Origin: a virus
Strand: one strand, 5' to 3'
DNA length: 64,000 nucleotides
IMG/VR virus record: IMGVR_UViG_3300035698_035359
Span: 1 to 64,000 of that record
Made by a program: the position numbers and the translations under genes. The notes beneath the pieces were generated by a model, which made no database searches, was not told the DNA's origin, and saw only the letters and a list, made by a program, of their open reading frames with translations. Shown here in pieces: positions 1 to 8,991 of this stretch; the stretch's first letter is position 1, and every line of letters starts with the position of its first letter.

Positions 1-846
1 CTATAAAGTTAATTGTTGCTGTTTATTTTTCTTTGTTTCCTTCTTTTTCTTCTTTTTAAAACTATCTGCCATAGTAACTGGCTTTTCTGTATCGTAAATA
101 GACATAAAAGTATCTTGTATTTTTTTAAATTGAAGTTTATTTAGCTCAAAGTATTTACCATACTCAAGCTGGTCTAATTTTTCTTTGATTTTATTTTCGA
201 TTGGTTGAGGTAATGTGGTAAGATTCACAATCATATTTCTTTTTTCATAATCTTTTTTATTTAGGATAGGAGTGACTAAATTATCCGAAACTTCTTTTTC
301 TATCTTCTTAGCTAAACTTTGGTAAGGATTCTTAACAATTTTATATTTCTTTGTTTTAGGTGAAAAAATCTTTACATTATCAAATCTAACTAATTGGTCA
401 AAGTCACTGTCAGTGGATATTATAATACTATCATAATTCTTAAATGGTTCATATCTAGTTCCATAGGATATAATATCATCTGATTCCAATCTGTCAATTT
501 CTATTGTATGAAAAGGTGTTGCTATTTCTATATTTTCAAAGAGTCTATCAAATTTAGCAAACTGTTCATCCCAATTTATTTGAATATGTTTTAACCTGGC
601 AGCTTTACGATTTGCTTTATAATTAGAATCAATATCTTTTCGCCAACTATTTCTACCATCCTTTGCTACTATAATAATATCATCGGAGTTTATGCCAACT
701 TTTTTTAAATCGCCTAAAATCATTTTTAAACAATTATAGGGAGCATATAGCTGTCTATTTTTAACCCAAGTAAATATAGCTTTAAAGACATAAATGTTAT
801 AATCAATTAAAACTACTTTTTTCTTATCATCAAATAGTATATTCAT
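1..846 (-). CDS. 5'-3' exonuclease / flap endonuclease (T4 RNase H-like)
   Basis: VLIDYN, AKDGRNSWRK..YKANR, LESDDII and STDSDFDQL motifs of the FEN/5'-nuclease family; C-terminus QQLTL. Confidence 0.85.
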   Translation of the reverse strand: MNILFDDKKKVVLIDYNIYVFKAIFTWVKNRQLYAPYNCLKMILGDLKKVGINSDDIIIVAKDGRNSWRKDIDSNYKANRKAARLKHIQINWDEQFAKFDRLFENIEIATPFHTIEIDRLESDDIISYGTRYEPFKNYDSIIISTDSDFDQLVRFDNVKIFSPKTKKYKIVKNPYQSLAKKIEKEVSDNLVTPILNKKDYEKRNMIVNLTTLPQPIENKIKEKLDQLEYGKYFELNKLQFKKIQDTFMSIYDTEKPVTMADSFKKKKKKETKKNKQQQLTL

Positions 847-1002
847 TATTCATCAAAGTTTAGTTCTTCTCTAATCCCGTATTTCTGTTCCCAGCATTTA
901 GCATGATATATATCACCATTTTTTTTATGAGAATCATCACTCTCTAATACTGGGTCTTTACAATAAGGGCAATATGCAATAATTTCTTCATATTTTTCGT
1001 TA

Positions 1003-1320
1003 TTATTTAGATTCATTTTTCTTTTCTTTCACCATAGCATAAAATAATATTAAATAATTAATTAAATCCATTATTCTACCCTCAATGGGTTCTGAATCAC
1101 TATATTCGCCCCTAATAAAACTACAAAGAGCATCATAGTGCTTTGTATGGTATGTTAACCAAGTTTGTTCTGGAGTGGTCCCAGCCATTTTGGCACAGCG
1201 TTTAAAATTACCTAAACAATCTTCCTTACCACTATAAGAAAGACCTTTTGAATTCATTATATTAATACAATTAGGTATTATTTCGTTATTCACTAATGTT
1301 TGAAATGTTTCTCTATTCAT
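1003..1320 (-). CDS. Nucleotide-modification-associated (MazG-like, alpha-helical) protein
   Basis: KG..YS..EDCLGNF ... KHYD ... RIMDLINYLIL pattern typical of phage Nmad/DUF1599-like proteins; next to a glycosyltransferase. Confidence 0.6.
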   Translation of the reverse strand: MNRETFQTLVNNEIIPNCINIMNSKGLSYSGKEDCLGNFKRCAKMAGTTPEQTWLTYHTKHYDALCSFIRGEYSDSEPIEGRIMDLINYLILFYAMVKEKKNESK

Positions 1321-1357
1321 TGATTTTAATCTCCTATTTTTTTCTCATCTACACTAT

Positions 1358-1389
1358 TATTATAGCAGGAAAGTTACGAAAGTTAAGTA
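1358..1389 (-). promoter_or_regulatory. Conserved phage promoter, class A (copy 1)
   Basis: TACTTAACTTTCGTAACTTTCCTGCTATAATA, identical 32-mer to 8302-8333; extended -10 TGCTATAAT. Confidence 0.8.
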
Positions 1390-1404
1390 AATTCTCTCAA
1401 AACA

Positions 1405-2505
1405 TTAAAATAACTGCGTTTGAACATCTTTCTTCAAATCTAATTTACTGTAACAGTTATGACAAAAGAACTTCTTATGTATTTCCATACACTTGGTACA
1501 CACTGGTGTACTGCAGGATGAGCAGTTATATGTTTTATACGACTTACTATTACAGTTTGAGCAAGTCTCGGGGGGGAGCTCCTGACTACTATCAAAAATC
1601 TCTTTTAAGCTTTTGATAGTAGTTTTTTGCTCTAAGATAGCTTGGGTCTTTAAGTTATGAAAAAATTCTATATGGAGTTGAGGATTTTCTTCTACTTTTA
1701 TCATCTTTTCATTCAATTCTTCATAAGAAGAAACAAAATAAAAATCATCTATCATATATCCCGATTGTTTTACTGTATTCTTTACATTATTATCAAAGAA
1801 CATAATCAGTCCAAAAGATAAAGCTTCATAAAATCTATCTGCCAAATGATTATAGTGTGTATGAGTATATACATCTTCAATATAAAGAGAGAAACGATAT
1901 CTATTTAGCTGAGAACTCAAATTAAAATCAACAGGTTTCATCAATTGTAAATTCTGGTCTAAATTATGGAAATGTTTCATGTTCTTTTGTGCGGTACTAA
2001 CATCGCAATTATGTAAATATTTTTCAAAATATTTTTTTCTATCAGTTCTAAATCTTCCCCAATATATTAGTTTTTTATCTCTTTCCTTAAAGGGGATATT
2101 TTCTATATCTTTAAGGGCAGAAGTATTCATATTAACGGTGTGAAAATTAGTAAAATGTTTAGCACCCTGAGAGCTTTCTACATAATTTGCAATAACACCA
2201 TAATCATGTTTAATAAGAAATCTATAAACGTCTCCATTCGGTACTAATCCATATTCATTAATCATATAAAAGAATCTCTTATCTTGATTAACTTCTAAAA
2301 ATTGCATCATTTTTTTAAAATCTGCATAGAAAGTACCGTAAGCAACAACTATATTATCCACTTCTTCTCTAAACCTAGTAAGGGTTTCAAAATCAACTAG
2401 ATATATATTATCTAAATTCTTTTCTATAAACTGCGCTATTCTTACAAAGGCTGAGTGATTATTTTTAGCTATTGGCTGGGAAGATAATAACAATGTTTTT
2501 TTCAT
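1405..2505 (-). CDS. GT-B glycosyltransferase, T4 beta-glucosyltransferase-like, with C-terminal Zn finger
   Basis: LIYWGRFR.DR and SLYIED..HYNHLADRFYEALSFGLIMFFD resemble the C-terminal domain of T4 BGT; CxxC-rich tail; ends QTQLF. Confidence 0.65.
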   Translation of the reverse strand: MKKTLLLSSQPIAKNNHSAFVRIAQFIEKNLDNIYLVDFETLTRFREEVDNIVVAYGTFYADFKKMMQFLEVNQDKRFFYMINEYGLVPNGDVYRFLIKHDYGVIANYVESSQGAKHFTNFHTVNMNTSALKDIENIPFKERDKKLIYWGRFRTDRKKYFEKYLHNCDVSTAQKNMKHFHNLDQNLQLMKPVDFNLSSQLNRYRFSLYIEDVYTHTHYNHLADRFYEALSFGLIMFFDNNVKNTVKQSGYMIDDFYFVSSYEELNEKMIKVEENPQLHIEFFHNLKTQAILEQKTTIKSLKEIFDSSQELPPETCSNCNSKSYKTYNCSSCSTPVCTKCMEIHKKFFCHNCYSKLDLKKDVQTQLF

Positions 2506-2634
2506 ATTCCACCATATGGTGCATTAGTTCCACACTCAACATCCAAAATAGACTCTACATCCCTCGGAGGCAAAAAAGATAAATAATATCTAATAACTTT
2601 TTCAACATTTTTATGTGCTAAAGCTTCATTTAAT

Positions 2635-2898
2635 TTATTCATTATTCCTACTCTCTAATTTAACTATCTTTGCAGTTATTAGTTGTAAAGGATGATATTG
2701 TCCTTCAAATTTATCCATTTTTCCCATCTTACGATTAGGATTATCTTTACATATACTACAATAACCACCATTTTCGATTTCAATCTCAGTCAATGATATT
2801 TTACAGTTTTCATTTTTACAATGACCAGAAACTGATATATTTACACATTTACTATTTTTCGTGTTATATTTAGAAAGATATCTATTTTTATAACTCAT
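2635..2898 (-). CDS. Small Cys-rich hypothetical protein
   Basis: ORF in the operon; CxxxxC and CxxC. Confidence 0.5.
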   Translation of the reverse strand: MSYKNRYLSKYNTKNSKCVNISVSGHCKNENCKISLTEIEIENGGYCSICKDNPNRKMGKMDKFEGQYHPLQLITAKIVKLESRNNE

Positions 2899-2907
2899 TT
2901 CTTTTCC

Positions 2908-3162
2908 TTAAAATAATGTCACCTGTTCTTCTGTAACAGTTGTTTTTACTTTTTTTAATATCTTTTTCACTTGTTCTCTATTCTTATCTCTTTCTGCAAA
3001 AACTTCAGTTTTTATTGTTCGATAACAAATAGGATGATACCATTTATTTGAGTCTCTACCAGTTTTCCAAGCGTTGGCTCTTTCGCCTGCGTATATCATT
3101 TTAAGACAAGCAGGACAAATAGAATCAAATTTAGCTATTATTTGAGTAGATTTTTTAGGCAT
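2908..3162 (-). CDS. Zn-finger hypothetical protein with C-terminal clamp-binding-like motif
   Basis: CPAC...HPIC; ends EQVTLF. Confidence 0.6.
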   Translation of the reverse strand: MPKKSTQIIAKFDSICPACLKMIYAGERANAWKTGRDSNKWYHPICYRTIKTEVFAERDKNREQVKKILKKVKTTVTEEQVTLF

Positions 3163-3253
3163 TATCCCCTTCCCAACCTATTGCGATGCTTTGTCAATCT
3201 TTCTTGTCTTTCTTTACTTTGCTTGCAACGACTACTTTGTTTTTTTCTTATAC

Positions 3254-3457
3254 TCATCTTATTTCTCCTTCCTTAAAAACTTTATCTTGGCAACTTTGAC
3301 ATATCCCACTGATTTTAAATTCTTTTAAGCTACCCACATCTTTAAAATCTTCTATAACAATAGGTCTATCACAAAATGGACAAAACCCGCTTTCTATTGC
3401 GTCAACAGCTTCACCTAAACCTACAGCTTTTAATGATTTTTTCCTTTGTTCGTCCAT
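3254..3457 (-). CDS. Zn-ribbon hypothetical protein
   Basis: CPFC...EFKISGICQSCQD, a common small phage protein pattern. Confidence 0.6.
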   Translation of the reverse strand: MDEQRKKSLKAVGLGEAVDAIESGFCPFCDRPIVIEDFKDVGSLKEFKISGICQSCQDKVFKEGEIR

Positions 3458-3855
3458 TATTTAACCCCCAACTGTATCTTCCAATATTTTTGATTGGGTA
3501 ATATTACTTTATCAAGAATTTCTCTATTTAATTCAACTTCTCTTTGTGACCAATCAAGAACATATTTTATTTTTGCTACAACTTTGTTTTCAGTTTTTGG
3601 TTTTTCTTTTGCTATTTTTTTAAAATAAGGTACTTTGTATTGTTTCGGTATTCCAAGAAACAGCAAGTAAAAGAAATGTTTTGGCTCAATATAAAACTGG
3701 TACTCTAATATCTTCTTTAATATTGGAAGATTATTCTTTTCTTTCGCTAGTACCTTTGTAAATACCAAACATAAAGAAGTATCAGCTTCGAAACTTACTT
3801 TAGTTTTTTGGTACATAGATTTTATTATATCAAAAAAGTTAAATGTATTAGCCAT
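3457..3855 (-). CDS. Probable clamp loader small subunit (T4 gp62-like)
   Basis: Size, N-terminal FFDIIKSM, helical content and position downstream of clamp and clamp-loader ATPase. Confidence 0.5.
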   Translation of the reverse strand: MANTFNFFDIIKSMYQKTKVSFEADTSLCLVFTKVLAKEKNNLPILKKILEYQFYIEPKHFFYLLFLGIPKQYKVPYFKKIAKEKPKTENKVVAKIKYVLDWSQREVELNREILDKVILPNQKYWKIQLGVK

Positions 3856-3876
3856 ATTTAATATTTTTCTTTAATA

Positions 3877-3944
3877 AGAGGAAAAAGTAATCGCTAGTTT
3901 TATATCCATTTTATAATTGAGAAGGAAGCGACCACATAGCCTCT
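3877..3944 (-). ncRNA. Structured RNA motif copy 3 (Rot-TerD-associated, Y-RNA-like candidate)
   Basis: AGAGG-CTAT-GTGGTCGCT-TCCTTCT...AGCGATTAC-TTTTT-CCTCT; two nested stems. Confidence 0.7.
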
Positions 3945-3950
3945 ATAATA

Positions 3951-6050
3951 TTATAAATACTTACTTGTAATTTCTTCTATATCAAAAGGAGTTATACCCT
4001 CATCAATAGAAAATACAACATCAGCTTGTTTTTTAGATTTTACTATTTTACCTCTTGCTTGTGCATGTAATGTAAATAACTCATATAGATTAGGCTTTGG
4101 TAGATTAGTTAAGGCTTTTCCAACTGCCACAATACCTGTTTGTTTAGTTTCAATCATATCATATCTTTGCGCTCCTCCAATAGCCATATCACACCAAATA
4201 ATCTCATTTTCTACTAAATCAAAAATCAAAGGAACAGAAGTTGTTGCCTCAACAGATAAATCAAACTTATCTTTTACTGTCTTTGGCTCATAAATTTCCC
4301 CAGATTTAGGTTTCTGTCTTATCATACAACCTGCAAAACATTCTGGTATCTCTGAAAACTTTTGCCCAGTATAAGAATAAACATTCATTACTAAGTACCT
4401 ACCTTTACAGTCAATAAATGATTTTCTATTTATATCAATAAATTCAGAAGCACCTTTTGGAGCATCAGTAATATCTCCACTATGACAGGCATTAAATTTT
4501 TCACTTTTTAAATTTGTCCAGGAAACATGAGATAAATATTCCCAATCCTCACTATAAACCACAGCAGATAAATCTACATCCACTCTTTTTTCATCGTCCC
4601 AACCTGATACTTTTCCTTTAGCAATATTCTTCCAATGAACAAAAAGCCTAATAACTTCACCAGCATCCATTTTTATTCTAGACCCTTTAGTAACTGTTCT
4701 TAAAGATTTACTTGCTGAACGTAAAGCAAAAGGAACAGTGTAAGTTTTTAGAGCTTCATCAACATAAACCTTTCCTAGAAATTTTTGTTCTGAAAACTTT
4801 TTCTTCAATGCTTCTCTGCATGTTGTAACTACGGTCTTACAATAAACATCCTTTATTTCAAGTAAATTATTATCTATTAATTGTATCTTAGCTACTTGCC
4901 CTTTTGGGATAAATACTCTATAAGGGGTTTTGTTTCTTGTTTTAAAGTGAGTTATTAATTGAAGTAATATAGTATTAGAAACTTTGTGAGCAATTAAAGC
5001 AAAATTAGCTAAAGCCAGTAATGATACGGACTCACTACTTCTTAACAGCCAATCTAATTTTCTAGCAAATTCTCCTGGTCTTTGTGCTAACAAAGGAAGT
5101 AACAAGCTAAAATTACTCTCTTTAAAATATTTTTCCACTTTACTATTAAAAGTTTCTATCTTCTGATTATTTCTTAATATACTAAAGGCAGTATATGCCT
5201 TATGGTATTTATTATGATATTCACCTGGATGTAAAATCTCACCTAATCTTATCCACCTATTCTTATATTTTAACATGTTTTCAATAGCTAAATCATAATT
5301 AAGATTGTCTAGTATTCTTAAAAATAATCTTCTATCTGAACGCTTGAAATTTATAAACTTCACCTTTTCTTTCAAGGAAACATCACCATCTGACAAGGCA
5401 GTAATATATCTCAATACATCTGTTGCAGTTCTAAAATATCTTTGTAATATTTCATCAGTAATTAAATCATTCTTCTTTAATACTCCAATAAAATAACATA
5501 GATTTTCTTTATTTGAAATTTCAGTAGGTAAAAAGTTAATAATATTTTGTCTATATTGTTTTACAAACCATTCTATATCTTGCTTATCTGTTTCTGAAAC
5601 TGCCACTTTTGAATTAATTAAATTCTTAAAGGTATCCATAAACTCTTGATTTGTCCCAAGAGAAATAACTTTCAATTTTAATTTGTCTTGTAATTTTTTA
5701 CGAGGGTCTTTTTCATATTCGGGAAGTTCTATGGTAATATAATGAATTATAGCATTAATATATAACTCAACTTCATCCATATCCATTACTTGTTGGGGGA
5801 AATTAGGATACATTGGCTTATGTTGCACATCACCAAGCATTGTTTTTAGATTCTTTACTATTCTACTATAAAAAGTTTCTAATTGGGTAGGAGAGTATGT
5901 TTTTAATATATTTAATATTTCTTTAGAAAAAGTATAGCCCAATGGTTCTATATTCTTTAGACAAGTAGCTAGAAGCTGTCTTGAGTTTTTAGAATCCTTT
6001 GTATCAATAACAATCTTACCTTTTCTTCTTAAAAAAATAGTGTTTTTCAT
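3951..6050 (-). CDS. Rot (Ro60/TROVE-like helical) + C-terminal TerD-like domain protein
   Basis: TATDVLRY...DGDVSL, LHPGEY, RPGEFARKLD motifs; TerD-like IRLFVHW...VDVDLSA...HSGDIT.AP.GASEFID; likely start MKNTIF at 6050 with GGAG RBS (the track start at 6104 overlaps YopX). Confidence 0.7.
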   Translation of the reverse strand: MKNTIFLRRKGKIVIDTKDSKNSRQLLATCLKNIEPLGYTFSKEILNILKTYSPTQLETFYSRIVKNLKTMLGDVQHKPMYPNFPQQVMDMDEVELYINAIIHYITIELPEYEKDPRKKLQDKLKLKVISLGTNQEFMDTFKNLINSKVAVSETDKQDIEWFVKQYRQNIINFLPTEISNKENLCYFIGVLKKNDLITDEILQRYFRTATDVLRYITALSDGDVSLKEKVKFINFKRSDRRLFLRILDNLNYDLAIENMLKYKNRWIRLGEILHPGEYHNKYHKAYTAFSILRNNQKIETFNSKVEKYFKESNFSLLLPLLAQRPGEFARKLDWLLRSSESVSLLALANFALIAHKVSNTILLQLITHFKTRNKTPYRVFIPKGQVAKIQLIDNNLLEIKDVYCKTVVTTCREALKKKFSEQKFLGKVYVDEALKTYTVPFALRSASKSLRTVTKGSRIKMDAGEVIRLFVHWKNIAKGKVSGWDDEKRVDVDLSAVVYSEDWEYLSHVSWTNLKSEKFNACHSGDITDAPKGASEFIDINRKSFIDCKGRYLVMNVYSYTGQKFSEIPECFAGCMIRQKPKSGEIYEPKTVKDKFDLSVEATTSVPLIFDLVENEIIWCDMAIGGAQRYDMIETKQTGIVAVGKALTNLPKPNLYELFTLHAQARGKIVKSKKQADVVFSIDEGITPFDIEEITSKYL

Positions 6051-6418
6051 TTCATCTCCTTTTTCAATTCTGGATTCTCGTATATGTTGCCGATTAGTTT
6101 CCAATATCTAGCATACGCATAATCAACTTCACTATCTGTGACTACCTCTTCAGATATAGGCATAAAACGTCCATAAAATAATCTTACTTCTTCTATTGTT
6201 TCATAGGGTTCGTATGGGTGTAGGGTGATAGTTCTTGTAACTATATCTCCTTCGTATATTTCAACTCCTTCGTTCTCACTTTTTACTCCTGTATATTCGC
6301 ACCAATCTTGCAAGTGTTCTGAATCTACATCTGCCTTGCCATCTATTAAATCTTGAAGAGTGTAATATTTCCACTTGTTATATTTTCTGTGCCAAGCTCT
6401 AAACTTTATTTCTCTCAT
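6047..6418 (-). CDS. YopX-family protein
   Basis: MREIKFRAW...EYTG....G.EIYEGDIV...IGNIYENPEL. Confidence 0.9.
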   Translation of the reverse strand: MREIKFRAWHRKYNKWKYYTLQDLIDGKADVDSEHLQDWCEYTGVKSENEGVEIYEGDIVTRTITLHPYEPYETIEEVRLFYGRFMPISEEVVTDSEVDYAYARYWKLIGNIYENPELKKEMK

Positions 6419-6446
6419 AACTATCATCCTTTTAATCTTTTAATAT

Positions 6447-6524
6447 GAAGGAAAAAATAATCACTAATTTAAGTCCGCCTTTTGGGCAGATTTTCCAATA
6501 GAAGGAAGCAGTTATATAGCCTCT
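6447..6524 (-). ncRNA. Structured RNA motif copy 2
   Basis: AGAGG-CTAT-ATAACTGCT-TCCTTCT...TCTGCC CAAAA GGCGGA...AGTGATTAT-TTTTT-CCTTC. Confidence 0.65.
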
Positions 6525-6532
6525 AATTGGTA

Positions 6533-6596
6533 GTAAGGAAAACGTATTAGCTAATAGATTAACGGTCAGAGAAGGAAGCAAAATACATAGCCTTAC
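6533..6596 (-). ncRNA. Structured RNA motif copy 1
   Basis: GTAAGG-CTAT-GTATTTTGCT-TCCTTCT...AGCTAATAC-GTTTT-CCTTAC. Confidence 0.7.
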
Positions 6597-6607
6597 AATT
6601 TCTTGTT

Positions 6608-7516
6608 TTATAATTCTTTCATTACCTCAAGTATATTTGAAATAAATACAACTTCCAAATTACATTGCATATTCCATGCTTTTTCTGTATCTGCAAGTCT
6701 TAGTGCAATTCGTGAAGCTTTTTCTAATCCTAAATCTTCCCATTTAGTGAACACCTTAGCAAAAAGCCATTTGTTAAATTCCATAATCTTAAAATTTCCC
6801 GAATAGACTTTCTCATAAACTTTTGTAATATTTTTACTCTTTATAACATTCAAAAAATCTTCAAATTCAGTTTCACTATAATTTATTGGTAAGCTATCTA
6901 CTTTAGATTGTTGAAGTCTACTTATCATTGACCTCATATCAGGATAATAGATGCTGGTTAGTTTTTCAATATCTTGAGTATCAAACTTCAAAGACTCTTG
7001 CTCGCAAATATAAGACAATCTTACCATAATATCTGCCTTATTAGGTCTTTCAAAATCAACTAAGACGCTTCTACTGCGTATCGGTTCTATAATTTTTTCA
7101 ATGTGATTACAAGACAGAATGAAAAATACATTATCAGAATAAGTTTCCATTAGATTTCTCATAGAATCATAAGCTTGGCGTGTCATAGAATCTGCCTCAT
7201 CCATAAATACGCATCGCTTTATATTGCTATCTGAAGATAGAGAACTAGCAAACAATTTAATTTTTTCTCTAATAGTATCAATGCCTCTTTCATCTGAAGC
7301 ATTTATAGATAGATAGTCACAGTCTAAAGTTTTAATAATTATTTTAGCACATGAAGTTTTCCCTGTTCCTGGTTTATTTGAATAAAAAATAAAGGAGGGC
7401 ATTGATTTAGGTGTTTTGAGATAATTCAATATTAAAGTCTTATTTTCTAATATCAAATCTTCAAATTTGATTGGGCGATACTTTTCTATCCATATTAAAT
7501 CAGTAAGTTCAGACAT
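6608..7516 (-). CDS. Clamp loader ATPase (RFC small subunit / T4 gp44-like)
   Basis: WIEKYRP, PGTGKTS, NASDERGIDTIR, MDEAD, IIEPIRSRS. Confidence 0.92.
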   Translation of the reverse strand: MSELTDLIWIEKYRPIKFEDLILENKTLILNYLKTPKSMPSFIFYSNKPGTGKTSCAKIIIKTLDCDYLSINASDERGIDTIREKIKLFASSLSSDSNIKRCVFMDEADSMTRQAYDSMRNLMETYSDNVFFILSCNHIEKIIEPIRSRSVLVDFERPNKADIMVRLSYICEQESLKFDTQDIEKLTSIYYPDMRSMISRLQQSKVDSLPINYSETEFEDFLNVIKSKNITKVYEKVYSGNFKIMEFNKWLFAKVFTKWEDLGLEKASRIALRLADTEKAWNMQCNLEVVFISNILEVMKEL

Positions 7517-7526
7517 TTTTATCCTA

Positions 7527-8264
7527 TTATTTTAAGGGTGCAATTACATATTCAAATTGGCAGTTATTGCTTTCAGTTTTTACATAAATAGGACAACCGT
7601 CCTGAGCTGAAACTATAATACTATTTTCTTTAAAAGTTGAAAGTAAATCAACAAAAATGTTTTTTAATTTTAAAGTAAATTCAGTAATACTCTCTTCTAC
7701 TACAAATTCACTTAAAATTTTATTTTCATGACTTTCTAATTCAAAAGTAATTTTATTATCTTTACCTTTAATCACAAGGTTAGAGGCATTAAGAATTGCG
7801 GTATTATTAATAATTTTAGTAATAATATCTGAAGAAAGACTAAATTCGTTTCCTATAGCCTTTTCTTTAATTAATTTAAACTTGTCTCCAGAAACTGTAT
7901 TTTTAATATATTGAGGGTCACGAAGAATTGCACTAATCTTAGTGGTAACATCATTTAAGATGAGCTTATTTTTATTTATTTTGATATTAATCGTGTCAGA
8001 GGTTAAAGTTGTGACTAATTTCTTTAAGAGTGACATATCATCTAATCCTAAAATTCCCCAATCAAGAAACTTTCCCTTTAATATACCACTTAACCCACAA
8101 GTTTTATCCACTGAAGCTAAATTAACCGTTATATTGTCAGGAGTTACATTTATTATAGCTTCTCGATTTTCAATAGCCCCCCGTAAGTTAGTCAACTCTA
8201 AAAATTTTACAAAATTAACTCTATTAATCTCTATTCCCTGCTCCCTAGCGTTACTTTCTGTCAT
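7527..8264 (-). CDS. Sliding clamp (gp45/PCNA-like)
   Basis: ~245 aa, alternating beta/alpha pattern, C-terminal YVIAPL, immediately upstream of the clamp loader. Confidence 0.7.
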   Translation of the reverse strand: MTESNAREQGIEINRVNFVKFLELTNLRGAIENREAIINVTPDNITVNLASVDKTCGLSGILKGKFLDWGILGLDDMSLLKKLVTTLTSDTINIKINKNKLILNDVTTKISAILRDPQYIKNTVSGDKFKLIKEKAIGNEFSLSSDIITKIINNTAILNASNLVIKGKDNKITFELESHENKILSEFVVEESITEFTLKLKNIFVDLLSTFKENSIIVSAQDGCPIYVKTESNNCQFEYVIAPLK

Positions 8265-8274
8265 AACAATCTCC

Positions 8275-8976
8275 TTATTTTGGTTTTCGTGCTTTCATAT
8301 ATATTATAGCAGGAAAGTTACGAAAGTTAAGTAGATTTTTATTTTTCTCAGAGATTTTTTTTATGGTCTTGATATACCGTTGATATACAGCTTCCTTGCT
8401 CATATTCAAGAGTTTCCCTATCTCCTGAAAAGTCAAACCCTCATGAAACCTACTATAAATGATTGTATAGTCTTTTTCCCTACATATATCTTTTATGATA
8501 GGAAATAGATTCCTTTTTAAATAATCCTTCGAATCTAATGTTGTTTGACATGGAATTATATCAATATAGTTCCTAAGCCCATCTCCCAAAGATACAAACT
8601 GTACATTCTTTTTAACATTTAAATTAGTATGAGAGCCTTTTATGTTTTTCTCCGACTTAGCTAACTTTTCATAGTAGAAATCTTGAGATGTTCGTTTTAA
8701 ATATAAAAGTTTCCGTTTTACTATAACTGTAAGATATCTACCTAAGCTAGTTCCTGCCAAGGGTTTTTTCTTCCCTTTATTTTTTTCAACTTCTAACCAT
8801 ATTGACAATAAAACCTCTTGCTCAACATCCCTTAAGCCACCAATTTTTCTTAAATAGTAACTTTTATATATTTTATAGTATCTTGCTATTATAGGTTTTG
8901 CTACAATTCTAAAAAACTCATGATAATCTACCTCGACCTTATTACTATTATTAATATTATTAATTTCTATTTTCAC
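8275..8976 (-). CDS. Sigma-70-like factor
   Basis: Region 2-like DVEQEVLLSIW and region 4 HTH GLTFQEIGKLLNMSKEAVYQ; GTG start with GGAG RBS. Confidence 0.7.
   Translation of the reverse strand: MKIEINNINNSNKVEVDYHEFFRIVAKPIIARYYKIYKSYYLRKIGGLRDVEQEVLLSIWLEVEKNKGKKKPLAGTSLGRYLTVIVKRKLLYLKRTSQDFYYEKLAKSEKNIKGSHTNLNVKKNVQFVSLGDGLRNYIDIIPCQTTLDSKDYLKRNLFPIIKDICREKDYTIIYSRFHEGLTFQEIGKLLNMSKEAVYQRYIKTIKKISEKNKNLLNFRNFPAIIYMKARKPK
8302..8333 (-). promoter_or_regulatory. Conserved phage promoter, class A (copy 2), upstream of the clamp gene
   Basis: Identical 32-mer to 1358-1389. Confidence 0.8.
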
Positions 8977-8991
8977 TTTTGTTGCTCCTGT

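Noticed and set aside
3877-6596. CRISPR mini-array or simple terminators
   Set aside because: Copies are not identical, not regularly spaced and lack a U-tract after the closing stem; they behave like covarying RNA structures.
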